From: Auanema rhodensis
Lineage: Eukaryota > Animalia > Nematoda
Direction of reading: 5' to 3'
NCBI GenBank assembly: GCA_964057225.1
Contig: OZ059900.1
Span: forward strand, 17,546,001-17,610,000
DNA: 64,000 nucleotides
The notes under the pieces were generated by a model. It was not told the origin of the DNA and searched no databases. It saw only the letters and a list, made by a program, of their open reading frames with translations. Both the position numbers and the translations under genes were made by a program. Numbering within the stretch: position 1 is the stretch's first letter; the number at the start of each line of letters is the position of its first letter. This document shows, one piece after another, positions 39,801-54,286 of the stretch.

Positions 39801-42800
39801 ACTTACGATTTCATGTGTTCAAACTCATGCAATGTCAACGAAACCTAGCTTAAAATTGTTCGTACAACGTCTAGTTCCACTTTCACGACAAAAAAACAGG
39901 GGTTAGAAAATTAAGGAAATTAGCATATTCTGAGGGCACGCCCCTTATGGCTAATATTGATTAAATCGATTTTTGTTCATATGAGTCGTCAAATGCAACG
40001 AATTTCAGCGTGTTACATACTAAAATGAAGCATTTTACATGCTGAACACTAGAAAAATACAAAAACACAGTATTTCCCATGAGAAATATTTTATTATGCT
40101 GGAAAACCAGTTTTTGGAAATTTCGCTGTAAACAAGGTTTTGACTTACGATTTCATGTGTTCAAACTCATGCAATGTCAATGAAACCTAGCTCAAAATTG
40201 TTCGTACAACGTCTAGTTCCACTTTCACGACAAAAAAACAGGGGTTAGAAAATTAAGGAAATTAGCATATTCTGAGGGCACGCCCCTTATGGCTAATATT
40301 GATTAAATCGATTTTTGTTCATATGAGTCGTCAAATGCAACGAATTTCAGCGTGTTACATACTAAAATGAAGCATTTTACATGCTGAACACTAGAAAAAA
40401 ACAAAAACACAGTATTTCCCATGAGAAATATTTTATTATGCTGGAAAACCAGTTTTTGGAAATTTCGCTGTAAACAAAGTTTTGACTTACGATTTCATGT
40501 GTTCAAACTCATGCAATGTCAATGAAACCTAGCTCAAAATTGTTCGTACAACGTCTAGTTCCACTTTCACGACAAAAAAACAGGGGTTAGAAAATTAAGG
40601 AAATTAGCATATTCTGAGGGCACGCCCCTTATGGCTAATATTGATTAAATCGATTTTTGTTCATATGAGTCGTCAAATGCAACGAATTTCAGCGTGTTAC
40701 ATACTAAAATGAAGCATTTTACATGCTGAACACTAGAAAAATACAAAAACACAGTATTTCCCATGAGAAATATTTTATTATGCTGGAAAACCAGTTTTTG
40801 GAAATTTCGCTGTAAACAAAGTTTTGACTTACGATTTCATGTGTTCAAACTCATGCAATGTCAATGAAACCTAGCTCAAAATTGTTCGTACAACGTCTAG
40901 TTCCACTTTCACGACAAAAAAACAAGGGTTAGAAAATTAAGGAAATTAGCATATTCTGAGGGCACGCCCCTTATGGCTAATATTGATTAAATCGATTTTT
41001 GTTCATATGAGTCGTCAAATGCAACGAATTTCAGCGTGTTACATACTTAAATGAAGCATTTCACATGCTGAACACTAGAAAAATACAAAAACACAGTATT
41101 TCCCATGAGAAATATTTTATTATGCTGGAAAACCAGTTTTTGGAAATTTCGCTGTAAACAAGGTTTTGACTTACAATTTCATGTGTTCAAACTCATGCAA
41201 TGTCAATGAAACCTAGCTCAAAATTGTTCGTACAACGTCTAGTTCCACTTTCACGACAAAAAAACAGGGGTTAGAAAATTAAGGAAATTAGCATATTCTG
41301 AGGGCACGCCCCTTATGGCTAATATTGATTAAATCGATTTTTGTTCATATGAGTCGTCAAATGCAACGAATTTCAGCGTGTTACATACTAAAATGAAGCA
41401 TTTTACATGCTGAACACTAGAAAAATACAAAAACACAGTATTTCCCATGAGAAATATTTTATTATGCTGGAAAACCAGTTTTTGGAAATTTCGCTGTAAA
41501 CAAGGTTTTGACTTACGATTTCATGTGTTCAAACTCATGCAATGTCAATGAAACCTAGCTCAAAATTGTTCGTACAACGTCTAGTTCCACTTTCACGACA
41601 AAAAAACAGGGGTTAGAAAATTAAGGAAATTAGCATATTCTGAGGGCACGCCCCTTATGGCTAATATTGATTAAATCGATTTTTGTTCATATGAGTCGTC
41701 AAATGCAACGAATTTCAGCGTGTTACATACTAAAATGAAGCATTTTACATGCTGAACACTAGAAAAATACAAAAACACAGTATTTCCCATGAGAAATATT
41801 TTATTATGCTGGAAAACCAGTTTTTGGAAATTTCGCTGTAAACAAGGTTTTGACTTACGATTTCATGTGTTCAAACTCATGCAATGTCAATGAAACCTAG
41901 CTCAAAATTGTTTGTACAACGTCTAGTTCCACTTTCACGACAAAAAAACAAGGGTTAGAAAATTAAGGAAATTAGCATATTCTGAGGGCACGCCCCTTAT
42001 GGCTAATATTGATTAAATCGATTTTTGTTCATATGAGTCGTCAAATGCAACGAATTTCAGCGTGTTACATACTAAAATGAAGCATTTTACATGCTGAACA
42101 CTAGAAAAATACAAAAACACAGTATTTCCCATGAGAAATATTTTATTATGCTGGAAAACCAGTTTCTGGAAATTTCGCTGTAAACAAGGTTTTGACTTAC
42201 GATTTCATGTGTTCAAACTCATGCAATGTCAATGAAACCTAGCTCAAAATTGTTCGTACAACGTCTAGTTCCACTTTCACGACAAAAAAACAGGGGTTAG
42301 AAAATTAAGGAAATTAGCATATTCTGAGGGCACGCCCCTTATGGCTAATATTGATTAAATCGATTTTTGTTCATATGAGTCGTCAAATGCAACGAATTTC
42401 AGCGTGTTACATACTAAAATGAAGCATTTCACATGCTGAACACTAGAAGAATACAAAAACACAGTATTTCCCATGAGAAATATTTTATTATGCTGGAAAA
42501 CCAGTTTTTGGAAATTTCGCTGTAAACAAGGTTTTGACTTACGATTTCATGTGTTCAAACTCATGCAATGTCAATGAAACCTAGCTCAAAATTGTTCGTA
42601 CAACGTCTAGTTCCACTTTCACGACAAAAAAACAGGGGTTAGAAAATTAAGGAAATTAGCATATTCTGAGGGCACGCCCTTTATGGCTAATATTGATTAA
42701 ATCGATTTTTGTTCATATGAGTCGTCAAATGCAACGAATTTCAGCGTGTTACATACTAAATTGAAGCATTTTACATGCTGAACACTAGAAAAATACAAAA

Positions 42801-45800
42801 ACACAGTATTTCCCATGAGAAATATTTTATTATGCTGGAAAACCAGTTTTTGGAAATTTCGCTGTAAACAAGGTTTTGACTTACGATTTCATGTGTTCAA
42901 ACTCATGCAATGTCAATGAAACCTAGCTCAAAATTGTTCGTACAACGTCTAGTTCCACTTTCACGACAAAAAAACAGGGGTTAGAAAATTAAGGAAATTA
43001 GCATATTCTGAGGGCACGCCCCTTATGGCTAATATTGATTAAATCGATTTTTGTTCATATGAGTCGTCAAATGCAACGAATTTCAGCGTGTTACATACTA
43101 AAATGAAGCATTTTACATGCTGAACACTAGAAAAATACAAAAACACAGTATTTCCCATGAGAAATATTTTATTATGCTGGAAAACCAGTTTTTGGAAATT
43201 TCGCTGTAAACAAGGTTTTGACTTACGATTTCATGTGTTCAAACTCATGCAATGTCAATGAAACCTAGCTCAAAATTGTTCGTACAACGTCTAGTTCCAC
43301 TTTCACGACAAAAAAACAGGGGTTAGAAAATTAAGGAAATTAGCATATTCTGAGGGCACGCCCCTTATGGCTAATATTGATTAAATCGATTTTTGTTCAT
43401 ATGAGTCGTCAAATGCAACGAATTTCAGCGTGTTACATACTAAAATGAAGCATTTCACATGCTGAACACTAGAAGAATACAAAAACACAGTATTTCCCAT
43501 GAGAAATATTTTATTATGCTGGAAAACCAGTTTTTGGAAATTTCGCTGTAAACAAGGTTTTGACTTACGATTTCATGTGTTCAAACTCATGCAATGTCAA
43601 TGAAACCTAGCTCAAAATTGTTCGTACAACGTCTAGTTCCACTTTCACGACAAAAAAACAGGGGTTAGAAAATTAAGGAAATTAGCATATTCTGAGGGCA
43701 CGCCCCTTATGGCTAATATTGATTAAATCGATTTTTGTTCATATGAGTCGTCAAATGCAACGAATTTCAGCGTGTTACATACTAAAATGAAGCATTTTAC
43801 ATGCTGAACACTAGAAAAATACAAAAACACAGTATTTCCCATGAGAAATATTTTATTATGCTGGAAAACCAGTTTTTGGAAATTTCGCTGTAAACAAGGT
43901 TTTGACTTACGATTTCATGTGTTCAAACTCATGCAATGTCAATGAAACCTAGCTCAAAATTGTTTGTACAACGTCTAGTTCCACTTTCACGACAAAAAAA
44001 CAGGGGTTAGAAAATTAAGGAAATTAGCATATTCTGAGGGCACGCCCCTTATGGCTAATATTGATTAAATCGATTTTTGTTCATATGAGTCGTCAAATGC
44101 AACGAATTTCAGCGTGTTACATACTAAAATGAAGCATTTTACATGCTGAACACTAGAAAAATACAAAAACACAGTATTTCCCATAAGAAATATTTTATTA
44201 TGCTGGAAAACCAGTTTTTGGAAATTTCGCTGTAAACAAGGTTTTGACTTACGATTTCATGTGTTCAAACTCATGCAATGTCAATGAAACCTAGCTCAAA
44301 ATTGTTCGTACAACGTCTAGTTCCACTTTCACGACAAAAAAACAGGGGTTAGAAAATTAAGGAAATTAGCATATTCTGAGGGCACGCCTCTTATGGCTAA
44401 TATTGATTAAATCGATTTTTGTTCATATGAGTCGTCAAATGCAACGAATTTCAGCGTGTTACATACTAAAATGAAGCATTTTACATGCTGAACACTAGAA
44501 AAAAACAAAAACACAGTATTTCCCATGAGAAATATTTTATTATGCTGGAAAACCAGTTTTTGGAAATTTCGCTGTAAACAAAGTTTTGACTTACGATTTC
44601 ATGTGTTCAAACTCATGCAATGTCAATGAAACCTAGCTCAAAATTGTTCGTACAACGTCTAGTTCCACTTTCACGACAAAAAAACAGGGGTTAGAAAATT
44701 AAGGAAATTAGCATATTCTGAGGGCACGCCCCTTATGGCTAATATTGATTAAATCGATTTTTGTTCATATGAGTCGTCAAATGCAACGAATTTCAGCGTG
44801 TTACATACTAAAATGAAGCATTTTACATGCTGAACAGTAGAAAAATACAAAAACACAGTATTTCCCATGAGAAATATTTTATTATGCTGGAAAACCAGTT
44901 TTTGGAAATTTCGCTGTAAACAAAGGTTTGACTTACGATTTCATGTGTTCAAACTCATGCAATGTCAATGAAACCTAGCTCAAAATTGTTTGTACAACGT
45001 CTAGTTCCACTTTCACGACAAAAAAACAGGGGTTAGAAAATTAAGGAAATTAGCATATTCTGAGGGCACGCCCTTTATGGCTAATATTGATTAAATCGAT
45101 TTTTGTTCATATGAGTCGTCAAATGCAACGAATTTCAGCGTGTTACATACTAAAATGAAGCATTTTACATGCTGAACACTAGAAAAATACAAAAACACAG
45201 TATTTCCCATGAGAAATATTTTATTATGCTGGAAAACCAGTTTTTGGAAATTTCGCTGTAAACAAGGTTTTGACTTACGATTTCATGTGTTCAAACTCAT
45301 GCAATGTCAATGAAACCTAGCTCAAAATTGTTCGTACAACGTCTAGTTCCACTTTCACGACAAAAAAACAGGGGTTAGAAAATTAAGGAAATTAGCATAT
45401 TCTGAGGGCACGCCCCTTATGGCTAATATTGATTAAATCGATTTTTGTTCATATGAGTCGTCAAATGCAACGAATTTCAGCGTGTTACATACTAAAATGA
45501 AGCATTTTACATGCTGAACACTAGAAAAATACAAAAACACAGTATTTCCCATGAGAAATATTTTATTATGCTGGAAAACCAGTTTTTGGAAATTTCGCTG
45601 TAAACAAAGTTTTGACTTACGATTTCATGTGTTCAAACTCATGCAATGTCAATGAAACCTAGCTCAAAATTGTTCGTACAACGTCTAGTTCCACTTTCAC
45701 GACAAAAAAACAAGGGTTAGAAAATTAAGGAAATTAGCATATTCTGAGGGCACGCCCCTTATGGCTAATATTGATTAAATCGATTTTTGTTCATATGAGT

Positions 45801-48800
45801 CGTCAAATGCAACGAATTTCAGCGTGTTACATACTAAAATGAAGCATTTTACATGCTGAACACTAGAAAAATACAAAAACACAGTATTTCCCATGAGAAA
45901 TATTTTATTATGCTGGAAAACCAGTTTCTGGAAATTTCGCTGTAAACAAGGTTTTGACTTACGATTTCATGTGTTCAAACTCATGCAATGTCAATGAAAC
46001 CTAGCTCAAAATTGTTCGTACAACGTCTAGTTCCACTTTCACGACAAAAAAACAGGGGTTAGAAAATTAAGGAAATTAGCATATTCTGAGGGCACGCCCC
46101 TTATGGCTAATATTGATTAAATCGATTTTTGTTCATATGAGTCGTCAAATGCAACGAATTTCAGCGTGTTACATACTAAAATGAAGCATTTTACATGCTG
46201 AACACTAGAAAAAAACAAAAACACAGTATTTCCCATGAGAAATATTTTATTATGCTGGAAAACCAGTTTTTGGAAATTTCGCTGTAAACAAAGTTTTGAC
46301 TTACGATTTCATGTGTTCAAACTCATGCAATGTCAATGAAACCTAGCTCAAAATTGTTCGTACAACGTCTAGTTCCACTTTCACGACAAAAAAACAGGGG
46401 TTAGAAAATTAAGGAAATTAGCATATTCTGAGGGCACGCCCCTTATGGCTAATATTGATTAAATCGATTTTTGTTCATATGAGTCGTCAAATGCAACGAA
46501 TTTCAGCGTGTTACATACTAAAATGAAGCATTTTACATGCTGAACACTAGAAAAATACAAAAACACAGTATTTCCCATGAGAAATATTTTATTATGCTGG
46601 AAAACCAGTTTTTGGAAATTTCGCTGTAAACAAAGTTTTGACTTACGATTTCATGTGTTCAAACTCATGCAATGTCAATGAAACCTAGCTCAAAATTGTT
46701 CGTACAACGTCTAGTTCCACTTTCACGACAAAAAAACAAGGGTTAGAAAATTAAGGAAATTAGCATATTCTGAGGGCACGCCCCTTATGGCTAATATTGA
46801 TTAAATCGATTTTTGTTCATATGAGTCGTCAAATGCAACGAATTTCAGCGTGTTACATACTAAAATGAAGCATTTTACATGCTGAACACTAGAAAAATAC
46901 AAAAACACAGTATTTCCCATGAGAAATATTTTATTATGCTGGAAAACCAGTTTTTGGAAATTTCGCTGTAAACAAGGATTTGACTTACGATTTCATGTGT
47001 TCAAACTCATGCAATGTCAATGAAACCTAGCTCAAAATTGTTCGTACAACGTCTAGTTCCACTTTCACGACAAAAAAACAGGGGTTAGAAAATTAAGGAA
47101 ATTAGCATATTCTGAGGGCACGCCCCTTATGGCTAATATTGATTAAATCGATTTTTGTTCATATGAGTCGTCAAATGCAACGAATTTCAGCGTGTTACAT
47201 ACTAAAATTAAGCATTTTACATGCTGAACACTAGAAAAATACAAAAACACAGTATTTCCCATGAGAAATATTTTATTATGCTGGAAAACCAGTTTTTGGA
47301 AATTTCGCTGTAAACAAGGTTTTGACTTACGATTTCATGTGTTCAAACTCATGCAATGTCAATGAAACCTAGCTCAAAATTGTTCGTACAACGTCTAGTT
47401 CCACTTTCACGACAAAAAAACAAGGGTTAGAAAATTTAGGAAATTAGCATATTCTGAGGGCACGCCCCTTATGGCTAATATTGATTAAATCGATTTTTGT
47501 TCATATGAGTCGTCAAATGCAACGAATTTCAGCGTGTTACATACTAAAATGAAGCATTTTACATGCTGAACACTAGAAAAAAACAAAAACACAGTATTTC
47601 CCAGGAGAAATATTTTATTATGCTGGAAAACCAGTTTTTGGAAATTTCGCTGTAAACAAGGTTTTGACTTACGATTTCATGTGTTCAAACTCATGCAATG
47701 TCAATGAAACCTAGCTCAAAATTGTTCGTACAACGTCTAGTTCCACTTTCACGACAAAAAAACAGGGGTTAGAAAATTAAGGAAATTAGCATATTCTGAG
47801 GGCACGCCCCTTATGGCTAATATTGATTAAATCGATTTTTGTTCATATGAGTCGTCAAATGCAACGAATTTCAGCGTGTTACATACTAAATTGAAGCATT
47901 TTACATGCTGAACACTAGAAAAATACAAAAACACAGTATTTCCCATGAGAAATATTTTATTATGCTGGAAAACCAGTTTTTGGAAATTTCGCTGTAAACA
48001 AGGATTTGACTTACGATTTCATGTGTTCAAACTCATGCAATGTCAATGAAACCTAGCTCAAAATTGTTCGTACAACGTCTAGTTCCACTTTCACGACAAA
48101 AAAACAGTGGTTAGAAAATTAAGGAAATTAGCATATTCTGAGGGCACGCCCCTTATGGCTAATATTGATTAAATCGATTTTTGTTCATATGAGTCGTCAA
48201 ATGCAACGAATTTCAGCGTGTTACATACTAAAATGAAGCATTTTACATGCTGAACACTAGAAAAATACAAAAACACAGTATTTCCCATGAGAAATATTTT
48301 ATTATGCTGGAAAACCAGTTTTTGGAAATTTCGCTGTAAACAAGGTTTTGACTTACGATTTCATGTGTTCAAACTCATGCAATGTCAATGAAACCTAGCT
48401 CAAAATTGTTCGTACAACGTCTAGTTCCACTTTCACGACAAAAAAACAGGGGTTAGAAAATTAAGGAAATTAGCATATTCTGAGGGCACGCCCCTTATGG
48501 CTAATATTGATTAAATCGATTTTTGTTCATATGAGTCGTCAAATGCAACGAATTTCAGCGTGTTACATACTAAATTGAAGCATTTTACATGCTGAACACT
48601 AGAAAAATACAAAAACACAGTATTTCCCATGAGAAATATTTTATTATGCTGGAAAACCAGTTTTTGGAAATTTCGCTGTAAACAAGGTTTTGACTTACGA
48701 TTTCATGTGTTCAAACTCATGCAATGTCAATGAAACCTAGCTCAAAATTGTTCGTACAACGTCTAGTTCCACTTTCACGACAAAAAAACAGGGGTTAGAA

Positions 48801-51800
48801 AATTAAGGAAATTAGCATATTCTGAGGGCACGTCCCTTGTGGCTAATATTGATTAAATCGATTTTTGTTCATATGAGTCGTCAAATGCAACGAATTTCAG
48901 CGTGTTACATACTAAAATGAAGCATTTTACATGCTGAACACTAGAAAAATACAAAAACACAGTATTTCCCATGAGAAATATTTTATTATGCTGGAAAACC
49001 AGTTTTTGGAAATTTCGCTGTAAACAAGGTTTTGACTTACGATTTCATGTGTTCAAACTCATGCAATGTCAATGAAACCTAGCTCAAAATTGTTCGTACA
49101 ACGTCTAGTTCCACTTTCACGACAAAAAAACAGGGGTTAGAAAATTAAGGAAATTAGCATATTCTGAGGGCACGCCCCTTATGGCTAATATTGATTAAAT
49201 CGATTTTTGTTCATATGAGTCGTCAAATGCAACGAATTTCAGCGTGTTACATACTAAATTGAAGCATTTTACATGCTGAACACTAGAAAAATACAAAAAC
49301 ACAGTATTTCCCATGAGAAATATTTTATTATGCTGGAAAACCAGTTTTTGGAAATTTCGCTGTAAACAAGGTTTTGACTTACGATTTCATGTGTTCAAAC
49401 TCATGCAATGTCAATGAAACCTAGCTCAAAATTGTTCGTACAACGTCTAGTTCCACTTTCACGACAAAAAAACAGGGGTTAGAAAATTAAGGAAATTAGC
49501 ATATTCTGAGGGCACGCCCCTTATGGCTAATTTTGATTAAATCGATTTTTGTTCATATGAGTCGTCAAATGCAACGAATTTCAGCGTGTTACATACTAAA
49601 ATGAAGCATTTTACATGCTGAACACTAGAAAAATACAAAAACACAGTATTTCCCATGAGAAATATTTTATTATGCTGGAAAACCAGTTTTTGGAAATTTC
49701 GCTGTAAACAAGGTTTTGACTTACGATTTCATGTGTTCAAACTCATGCAATGTCAATGAAACCTAGCTCAAAATTGTTCGTACAACGTCTAGTTCCACTT
49801 TCACGACAAAAAAACAGGGGTTAGAAAATTAAGGAAATTAGCATATTCTGAGGGCACGCCCCTTATGGCTAATATTGATTAAATCGATTTTTGTTCATAT
49901 GAGTCGTCAAATGCAACGAATTTCAGCGTGTTACATACTAAAATGGAGCATTTTACATGCTGAACACTAGAAAAATACAAAAACACAGTATTTCCCATGA
50001 GAAATATTTTATTATGCTGGAAAACCAGTTTTTGGAAATTTCGCTGTAAACAAGGTTTTGACTTACGATTTCATGTGTTCAAACTCATGCAATGTCAATG
50101 AAACCTAGCTCAAAATTGTTCGTACAACGTCTAAATCCACTTTCACGACAAAAAAACAGGGGTTAGAAAATTTAGGAAATTAGCATATTCTGAGGGCACG
50201 CCCCTTATGGCTAATATTGATTAAATCGATTTTTGTTCATATGAGTCGTCAAATGCAACGAATTTCAGCGTGTTACATACTAAAATGAAGTATTTTACAT
50301 GCTGAACACTAGAAAAATACAAAAACACAGTATTTCCCATGAGAAATATTTTATTATGCTGGAAAACCAGTTTTTGGAAATTTCGCTGTAAACAAGGTTT
50401 TGACTTACGATTTCATGTGTTCAAACTCATGCAATGTCAATGAAACCTAGCTCAAAATTGTTCGTACAACGTCTAGTTCCACTTTCACGACAAAAAAACA
50501 GGGGTTAGAAAATTAAGGAAATTAGCATATTCTGAGGGCACGCCCCTTATGGCTAATATTGATTAAATCGATTTTTGTTCATATGAGTCGTCAAATGCAA
50601 CGAATTTCAGCGTGTTACATACTAAAATGAAGCATTTTACATGCTGAACACTAGAAAAATACAAAAACACAGTATTTCCCATGAGAAATATTTTATTATG
50701 CTGGAAAACCAGTTTTTGGAAATTTCGCTGTAAACAAGGTTTTGACTTACGATTTCATGTGTTCAAACTCATGCAATGTCAATGAAACCTAGCTCAAAAT
50801 TGTTCGTACAACGTCTAGTTCCACTTTCACGACAAAAAACAGGGGTTAGAAAATTAAGGAAATTAGCATATTCTGAGGGCACGCCCCTTATGGCTAATAT
50901 TGATTAAATCGATTTTTGTTCATATGAGTCGTCAAATGCAACGAATTTCAGCGTGTTACATACTAAAATGAAGCATTTTACATGCTGAACACTAGAAAAA
51001 TACAAAAACACAGTATTTCCCATGAGAAATATTTTATTATGCTGGAAAACCAGTTTTTGGAAATTTCGCTGTAAACAAAGTTCTGACTTACGATTTCATG
51101 TGTTCAAACTCATGCAATGTCAATGAAACCTAGCTCAAAATTGTTCGTACAACGTCTAGTTCCACTTTCACGACAAAAAAACAAGGGTTAGAAAATTAAG
51201 GAAATTAGCATATTCTGAGGGCACGCCCCTTATGGCTAATATTGATTAAATCGATTTTTGTTCATATGAGTCGTCAAATGCAACGAATTTCAGCGTGTTA
51301 CATACTAAAATGAAGCATTTTACATGCTGAACACTAGAAAAATACAAAAACACAGTATTTCCCATGAGAAATATTTTATTATGCTGGAAAACCAGTTTTT
51401 GGAAATTTCGCTGTAAACAAAGTTCTGACTTACGATTTCATGTGTTCAAACTCATGCAATGTCAATGAAACCTAGCTCAAAATTGTTCGTACAACGTCTA
51501 GTTCCACTTTCACGACAAAAAAACAAGGGTTAGAAAATTAAGGAAATTAGCATATTCTGAGGGCACGCCCCTTATGGCTAATATTGATTAAATCGATTTT
51601 TGTTCATATGAGTCGTCAAATGCAACGAATTTCAGCGTGTTACATACTAAAATGAAGCATTTTACATGCTGAACACTAGAAAAATACAAAAACACAGTAT
51701 TTCCCATGAGAAATATTTTATTATGCTGGAAAACCAGTTTCTGGAAATTTCGCTGTAAACAAGGTTTTGACTTACGATTTCATGTGTTCAAACTCATGCA

Positions 51801-54247
51801 ATGTCAATGAAACCTAGCTCAAAATTGTTCGTACAACGTCTAGTTCCACTTTCACGACAAAAAAACAGGGGTTAGAAAATTAAGGAAATTAGCATATTCT
51901 GAGGGCACGCCCCTTATGGCTAATATTGATTAAATCGATTTTTGTTCATATGAGTCGTCAAATGCAACGAATTTCAGCGTGTTACATACTAAAATGAAGC
52001 ATTTTACATGCTGAACACTAGAAAAAAACAAAAACACAGTATTTCCCATGAGAAATATTTTATTATGCTGGAAAACCAGTTTTTGGAAATTTCGCTGTAA
52101 ACAAAGTTTTGACTTACGATTTCATGTGTTCAAACTCATGCAATGTCAATGAAACCTAGCTCAAAATTGTTCGTACAACGTCTAGTTCCACTTTCACGAC
52201 AAAAAAACAGGGGTTAGAAAATTAAGGAAATTAGCATATTCTGAGGGCACGCCCCTTATGGCTAATATTGATTAAATCGATTTTTGTTCATATGAGTCGT
52301 CAAATGCAACGAATTTCAGCGTGTTACATACTAAAATGAAGCATTTTACATGCTGAACACTAGAAAAATACAAAAACACAGTATTTCCCATGAGAAATAT
52401 TTTATTATGCTGGAAAACCAGTTTTTGGAAATTTCGCTGTAAACAAAGTTTTGACTTACGATTTCATGTGTTCAAACTCATGCAATGTCAATGAAACCTA
52501 GCTCAAAATTGTTCGTACAACGTCTAGTTCCACTTTCACGACAAAAAAACAAGGGTTAGAAAATTAAGGAAATTAGCATATTCTGAGGGCACACCCCTTA
52601 TGGCTAATATTGATTAAATCGATTTTTGTTCATATGAGTCGTCAAATGCAACGAATTTCAGCGTGTTACATACTAAAATGAAGCATTTTACATGCTCAAC
52701 ACTAGAAAAAAACAAAAACACAGTATTTCCCATGAGAAATATTTTATTATGCTGGAAAACCAGTTTTTGGAAATTTCGCTGTAAACAAAGTTTTGACTTA
52801 CGATTTCATGTGTTCAAACTCATGCAATGTCAATGAAACCTAGCTCAAAATTGTTCGTACAACGTCTAGTTCCACTTTCACGACAAAAAAACAAGGGTTA
52901 GAAAATTAAGGAAATTAGCATATTCTGAGGGCACGCCCCTTATGGCTAATATTGATTAAATCGATTTTTGTTCATATGAGTCGTCAAATGCAACGAATTT
53001 CAGCGTGTTACATACTAAAATGAAGCATTTTACATGCTGAACACTAGAAAAATACAAAAACACAGTATTTCCCATGAGAAATATTTTATTATGCTGGAAA
53101 ACCAGTTTTTGGAAATTTCGCTGTAAACAAAGTTCTGACTTACGATTTCATGTGTTTAAACTCATGCAATGTCAATGAAACCTAGCTCAAAATTGTTCGT
53201 ACAACGTCTAGTTCCACTTTCACGACAAAAAAACAGGGGTTAGAAAATTAAGGAAATTAGCATATTCTGAGGGCACGCCCCTTATGGCTAATATTGATTA
53301 AATCGATTTTTGTTCATATGAGTCGTCAAATGCAACGAATTTCAGCGTGTTACATACTAAAATGAAGCATTTTACATGCTGAACACTAGGAAAATACAAA
53401 AACACAGTATTTCCCATGAGAAATATTTTATTATGCTGGAAAACCAGTTTTTGGAAATTTCGCTGTAAACAAGGTTTTGACTTACGATTTCATGTGTTCA
53501 AACTCATGCAATGTCAATGAAACCTAGCTCAAAATTGTTCGTACAACGTCTAGTTCCACTTTCACGACAAAAAAACAGGGGTTAGAAAATTAAGGAAATT
53601 AGCATATTCTGAGGGCACGCCCCTTATGGCTAATATTGATTAAATCGATTTTTGTTCATATGAGTCGTCAAATGCAACGAATTTCAGCGTGTTACATACT
53701 AAAATGAAGCATTTTACATGCTGAACACTAGAAAAATACAAAAACACAGTATTTCCCATGAGAAATATTTTATTATGCTGGAAAACCAGTTTTTGGAAAT
53801 TTCGCTGTAAACAAGGTTTTGACTTACGATTTCATGTGTTCAAACTCATGCAATGTCAATGAAACCTAGCTCAAAATTGTTCGTACAACGTCTAGTTCCA
53901 CTTTCACGACAAAAAAACAGGGGTTAGAAAATTAAGGAAATTAGCATATTCTGAGGGCACGCCCCTTATGGCTAATATTGATTAAATCGATTTTTGTTCA
54001 TATGAGTCGTCAAATGCAACGAATTTCAGCGTGTTACATACTAAAATGAAGCATTTTACATGCTGAACACTAGAAAAATACAAAAACACAGTATTTCCCA
54101 TGAGAAATATTTTATTATGCTGGAAAACCAGTTTTTGGAAATTTCGCTGTAAACAAGGTTTTGACTTACGATTTCATGTGTTCAAACTCATGCAATGTCA
54201 ATGAAACCTAGCTCAAAATTGTTCGTACAACGTCTAGTTCCACTTTC

Positions 54248-54286
54248 ACGACAAAAAAACAAGGGTTACGACAAAAAACAGGGGTT
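54248..54286 (+). repeat. 19-bp internal tandem duplication (361-bp monomer), copy 1
   Basis: ACGACAAAAAAACAAGGGTT + ACGACAAAAAACAGGGGTT. Confidence 0.95.
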